From NCBI GenBank assembly GCA_964016885.1, contig OZ024743.1, positions 115,878,001 to 115,942,000 of the forward strand: DNA of 64,000 nucleotides, given 5' to 3'. The notes beneath the pieces were generated by a model. The model was not told where the DNA came from. It saw nothing but the letters and a program-made list of their open reading frames with translations, and did not search any database. Made by a program: the position numbers and the translations under genes. Below, piece by piece: positions 57,915-64,000 of this stretch (position 1 is its first letter; each line of letters opens with the position of its first letter). This stretch comes from Eledone cirrhosa (lineage: Eukaryota).

Positions 57915-57957
57915 GTCAAAGTTCTTTCGTCACACATTCTGTGACCTCTTCAGTGAC
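57915..57957 (-). ncRNA. Minimal hammerhead (family L), left arm of the palindrome ~57828-58213
   Basis: gtca-CTGAAGA-g-gtcac…gtgac-GAAA-gaac-TT-tgac. Confidence 0.75.
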
Positions 57958-58095
57958 TGTGGATTCTTTTCTTTGTTTTTGTGCCTCTCCTTTGTTCTGT
58001 TCTACGCCATCTTGTTACTTGTGTGACAAGATGTGAAACAAGATGGCGTAGGACAGTACACAGGAGAGGCACAAAAACAAAGAAAAGAATCCCCA

Positions 58096-58138
58096 GTCAC
58101 TGAAGAGGTCACATAATGTGTGACGAAAGAACTTTGAC
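58096..58138 (+). ncRNA. Minimal hammerhead (family L), right arm
   Basis: gtca-CTGAAGA-g-gtcac-ataatgt-gtgac-GAAA-gaac-TT-tgac. Confidence 0.75.
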
Positions 58139-58285
58139 AATATATAAACAACCATCTGGTTGTGGAAACAACCGGAAATTTATTAATTCCTAAATTTATA
58201 AATTTATTATAATATATATATATATGTTATAAATATATTATATATATATATATGTTAAATATATATAATATATATAATATATATA

Positions 58286-58316
<31 letters not shown>

Positions 58317-58349
58317 GTGTATCATATATATATATATATATATATGTGT

Positions 58350-58639
<290 letters not shown>

Positions 58640-58672
58640 GTGTGTGTATCATATATATATATATATATATAT

Positions 58673-59002
58673 ATTGAAAAATTGCAAACTTGACTGTCAC
58701 CACACATTATGAACATGATGATTGCGAAAGCATGAATGTACTTGTTCAATTAACACTTAACATTTAATATTCTACCATAATATTTCATTATAATACTATT
58801 ATAAATTTTAAAGGATTGTAAATAAAACGAGTAAATTAGACAAAGTTGGAATTCCTTTTATTAATATAATCTTCTATACACATCATACACACCCGTGAAT
58901 ATTTATCTATCTATATATCGCTATATATATATATTATGTATATTACATATATTATGTATATATATTATATATATATATATATATCATCTATATTTTATAT
59001 AT

Positions 59003-59033
<31 letters not shown>

Positions 59034-59059
59034 CATCACTAGTCTACGAATGATCATGA

Positions 59060-59138
<79 letters not shown>

Positions 59139-59203
59139 CATAATATATATATTATAGATATTATATATATATATAATATATTTACATAATATATGTAATA
59201 TAC

Positions 59204-59296
<93 letters not shown>

Positions 59297-59522
59297 ATAT
59301 TTACGGGTGTGTATGATTGTGTATAGAAGATTAAATTAATAAAAGGAATTCCAACTTTGTCTAATTTACTCGTATTATTTACAATCCTTTAAGATTTATA
59401 ATGGTATTATAATGAAATAGTATGGTAGAATATTACATGTTAAGTGTTAATTGAACAAGTACATTAATGCTTTCGCAATCTTCATGTTCTTAATGTGTGG
59501 TGACAGTCAAGTCTGCAATTTT

Positions 59523-59527
<5 letters not shown>
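58673..59527. repeat. Inverted pair of ~240-bp arms separated by microsatellite
   Basis: ~58673-58915 is the reverse complement of ~59285-59527. Confidence 0.85.
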
Positions 59528-59563
<36 letters not shown>

Positions 59564-59607
59564 GTAATTATAGACCAGCTCTATACAGTGGTGAACCTCA
59601 AACCTGA

Positions 59608-59645
<38 letters not shown>

Positions 59646-59652
59646 CATATAT

Positions 59653-59709
<57 letters not shown>

Positions 59710-59714
59710 CATAT

Positions 59715-59774
<60 letters not shown>

Positions 59775-59989
59775 TGTAATATATATATATTATATATGTT
59801 ATATATATTTAACATATATATATATAATATATATATAACATATATATATATATTAGAATTGGTGCTCTGAAATAGCGATATATATACACTGTATGCTTAA
59901 TTAAAAGTATTTCGAAGAACTTATGCTATTGTTTTAGAGTAGTGACAGTCTCACTTACTTTAATTTTCATATATATATAAATATATATA

Positions 59990-60037
<48 letters not shown>

Positions 60038-60145
60038 GTATATATATATAACGTATATATATATATATACACATTTTATATATATATACATATTATATAT
60101 ATATATAATATATATATAATACATATATGTATATATATATATATA

Positions 60146-60223
<78 letters not shown>

Positions 60224-60226
<3 letters not shown>

Positions 60227-61558
60227 CAGCAGTACCCTGTGTTGCCTGGGTATGTATAATAAAATATGCTTTGATGAACAGATGTTGATCTTTTCTTGCC
60301 TCAGAAAAAATTTCTTTAGACTTTTGACTGAGGAATGTTCTCACAACTGACCAATGGGAGGAGAGAGTGTCCTATGATGCCGAAATTCGTTTGTTTGAAT
60401 TCACATGATTCCAGTTTCTCAGAGAAATAGCAACCCAACCAGGAGCTGGACATATCGAAGACCAGATTCTCTATCACTCATCTATGGCCACATACAGGCA
60501 TTGCGGAGGAAAGTGCTGATGACCTCTATCACTGAGACACGCGGGTGAGTGAAGAAGGGGCATGCTGGGGGAGGAAGGTAATGACCTCTAACACTAAGCC
60601 AAATTTCCTCACGCTACTTGATTGAAAACCGATGAATTCTCAAATACACAACTAAAAGCTCAGACGACGTCAGTGGTCATCGTGTCGCCTTTTACCATCT
60701 ATAAGATGTGCAATTATAGGTTCTATCTCTCTATAAAAGTTGAACCAAATAAATTGATTTATGTGTGCGGTGGAGTCAAAGTTTCGAATTTGAAGGAAAT
60801 CGGTTGCAAAACGCGGGAGCTAATGATGGGTCGCCGTGCCTTAACAAAACATGCAAAGTGTAAAGCTATTATAAGATGTGCAATGATAGGTTCTATCGTA
60901 GTATAAAAGTTGAACCAAATAAATTGATTTATGTGTGAGTTGGAGCCGAAGTTTCGAATTTGAACGAAATCGGTTGAAAAATGTGGGAGCTAGAGCCTAA
61001 AAGGCGGAAATTTGAGCGAAAAGGTGGTATTTTCGAATATTTAAGCGGCTGCCACACCGTTCCTGAAAAAGAAATTCAAAATGTAAACCCATTGTAAGAC
61101 GTGAAATAATCAGATCCAGCGTAGTTTAAAATTTGAACAAAGTAGGTTGATTAATGTGGGAGCTAGAGACGAAATTTGAGTCTAAAAGTGGTATTTTTGA
61201 ATATTTTAGCGGCTGTCACGCTGTCCCTAAAAAACAAATCCAAAATATAAAGGCATTACAGGATGTGCAGTGATAAAGTCTATTGTGCTTTAAAATCTGA
61301 ACGAAATCGATGGCGAAATGTGGGAGCTAGACCCAAAAATCTTATTTTTCGATACCTAAAAATAGGTGACCACGCCTATCGATTTTTATCTGCAGAATGA
61401 CCCCGGAATAAAAAAAAAACGATACGCTGATATATAGAAAACACTCCTCGATGACTAATCTATGAGCCTGTAATGGTTCATGAAAATCAGTCGTAAGATG
61501 TAGGCCCCTATAGGTAATACACAGACACACACACACACGCATAGTTAATGTTATATAC
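60224..61558 (+). mobile_element. Probable non-autonomous Helitron/Helentron (DINE/HINE-like) element with ~170-bp internal repeats
   Basis: Start tagcagcagtaccctgtgttgcctggg; four degenerate repeats containing 'aaatcggttg…gtgggagcta' (~60700-61335); acagacacac microsatellite near the end; TA flanks. Confidence 0.5.
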
Positions 61559-61627
61559 ATATATATATTATATATATTGTATATAAATATTATATATATA
61601 CATATTATATATATAATATATATAATA

Positions 61628-61657
<30 letters not shown>

Positions 61658-61658
<1 letters not shown>

Positions 61659-61840
61659 ATTGTTTCGACTTTTAGCACAAGGACAGCAATTACCCAGTAC
61701 ATTACGGGTACTTTATTTTATCGACCCTGTAATAATGAAAGCCAAAGTTAACCTCAGAGGGATTTGAACTCAGACCATAAAGGGCCGTAACTATTTGATA
61801 CAAAGCATGGCGTCCGACCCGCTACCGATACTGCCATCCA
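61658..61840 (-). mobile_element. tRNA-derived SINE (same family as 29622)
   Basis: ggtactttattttatcgacc…aaagttaacctc…gggatttgaactcaga. Confidence 0.85.
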
Positions 61841-61931
61841 TATAATATGTATATATTATATATATATATATATTTATATATAAAATAAAGTTAAATAAAA
61901 GTCAAATGATTAAAATTTAGCTTCGTTTATT

Positions 61932-61984
61932 ACTGCTATATATTTCAGTGACAGCCATCTTTGGCTGTGACCTCTTCAGGCAGT
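61932..61984 (-). ncRNA. Type I hammerhead (family B), intact; inverted partner at 62118-62170(+)
   Basis: actgc-CTGAAGA-ggtc-acagcc-aaagat-ggctgt-cact-GAAA-tata-TA-gcagt. Confidence 0.8.
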
Positions 61985-63334
61985 TTGAATTAGTATGGTA
62001 TAGACAAGTACATATGTTGTTTAGGTGTATAATATTGTGAATAATCTGATATGCCCAGTTCCTTGTTGGGTTGTTAAATCACTGAGGAACTGGAGTCATA
62101 TGACTCCAGTTCCTCAGTGCCTGAAGAGGTCACAGCCAAAGATGGCTGTCACTGAAATATATATAGCAGTAATAAACGAAGCTAAATTTTAATCATTTGA
62201 CTTTTATTTAACTTTACTTTACACTACACCGGAGTAACCAAATCAACCTGCGCACTTCGTCGAGTGTTCCAGCCTGCATACTGAGGTGTTGGTATACAAC
62301 CAACATAAACTCAAAATCTATATTTATATATATATATAAATATATATAAATGTGTGTGTGCGTGTGTGTATGTGTGTGTGTGTGTGTCTGTGCGTGTGGG
62401 TGTGTGAACGTGTGTGTATATATATTTAGAACTTTCATACTCCAATCGCGTATCTTCACTAAATATCTGTTCTTCGGTTACAGATTTTTAATTCTACTTC
62501 TATTCTTCTATTCATTTATCCTTTCTTTCGCATGCTAATTCTTCAAATCCACTTAAAAGTTGCTAATTACCTGTTATCAACTATTTCAATGAAGTTTTGC
62601 TGCACAGTTCTCCTAGCGATTAATATACAGGCCGATTTGGAGGACAATGATTAAAAATATAATAATGAAAATTAATGAATTTAGCGCAATGAAATGCCTG
62701 TGTTTCACTTCACTTCTCAGGATCCTACGCATAAGTCAATAGCCACTATCCATTCGGTACATATATAATATGAATTAGAGAGAATGCATATTCAGTTTGG
62801 GTTGAATGAAAAATATTACTGTCATATCGGGTTAACAATAGTTTCAATTTTAAACATACGATCTTGTCGCCATGATGGTGCGGTTCTAAATAACATCAAA
62901 ATGATATAGACAAGTCAACAGAAAGTGAATGTTGCTTGCTTAATTTAATAGCGTACGACAATAAGAGAGTTTGGATAAATGTAATTAAATTATGAACTGA
63001 GCTGTAGATAATCTGATGACGCCATAACGATATATTCAAATTACTCAATAGGTGCCTATATTCAACATTATAAACATTGCGCCCTTATATTATCTCTCTT
63101 ATTTCAATAATACAAACATTCTTACATAAGGCGATAATACGTTCTAAATATCATGTTCAATTATTTGTTCTGCATTTGTGTGTACGTTTGGTTGCTATTC
63201 GTGTGTAATCATCATTTATTATTTTTACAAATCAGAGTCAATATCAAAGGACGAGATATGAAATATAGCTGTTGAGATAACAGTTCTCTTTCATTCATCT
63301 ATTTGTATATCTGCCTATTATAAATCTCTTTATG

Positions 63335-63502
<168 letters not shown>

Positions 63503-63585
63503 CGTGTGTGTGTGTGTGTGTATCCCGGGTTCAATCGGGTGTAACACCAGTAGGTAAGGTACTTCATACATAGTAGAGTATATAC

Positions 63586-63716
63586 AATATTTAATGTAGA
63601 AATGGCTTCTACAGGACTAGAACTATCCCATTTGAAAGAAATCAAGTCGTTTCCTGATGGCTTTCTTTGAATGAATCAGTTCTAGTCCTGTAGAAGCCAT
63701 TTCTATATTAAATATT
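63586..63716. repeat. 39-bp inverted repeat (one G.U) with 53-nt spacer
   Basis: 63586-63624 / 63678-63716. Confidence 0.85.
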
Positions 63717-64000
63717 ATATAGTAACAGAAAAGTCACCCTTCGGGTGGTTTTCTGCTAGCATGTGCAGTGTGCATGTTGATATTATATGCAAATATATAT
63801 CCATTTAGATATGATACGTCAAATAAAATCGAAATTGAGAACATGCACAGAAGTTGAAGAGTGACTGTTATAGTCTCTTCTGTAATCAGTAAAGTAATCC
63901 ATGATACATTTAAAAGACGCGATAGTGTATTTAAACTGGATTATGGCAAGATGTTGTGGAAACAAAAATGAAAAAATTAGCGACAGAAATATAGTGATGC

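Overview
This is eukaryotic, AT-rich, gene-free repeat DNA. The SINE and LINE types plus the (TA)n, (CA)n and (GA)n density suggest an invertebrate, probably an octopus-like cephalopod (inference). No host protein-coding gene is supported. The window holds decayed Penelope-like elements (PLE; RT and GIY-YIG fragments), a CR1-group LINE, an R4/Dong-type LINE 3' end, tRNA-derived SINEs, a Helentron-like non-autonomous element, and a ~20.5 kb tandem array of ~997-bp units (34.3-54.9 kb). Main result, from manual folding: the region is dense with type I hammerhead ribozyme (HHR) motifs from about 12 unrelated sequence families. Every unit of the tandem array carries a hammerhead hidden by a ~96-nt branched stem II. 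From 42.4 kb the array is a 1993-bp dimeric higher-order repeat in which every second hammerhead has a C3>A core mutation. The dispersed HHR elements sit in (TA)n tracts as inverted pairs with constant polarity (minus copy left, plus copy right). All RNA structures were paired by eye; no folding software or database search was run, and catalytic activity is untested.
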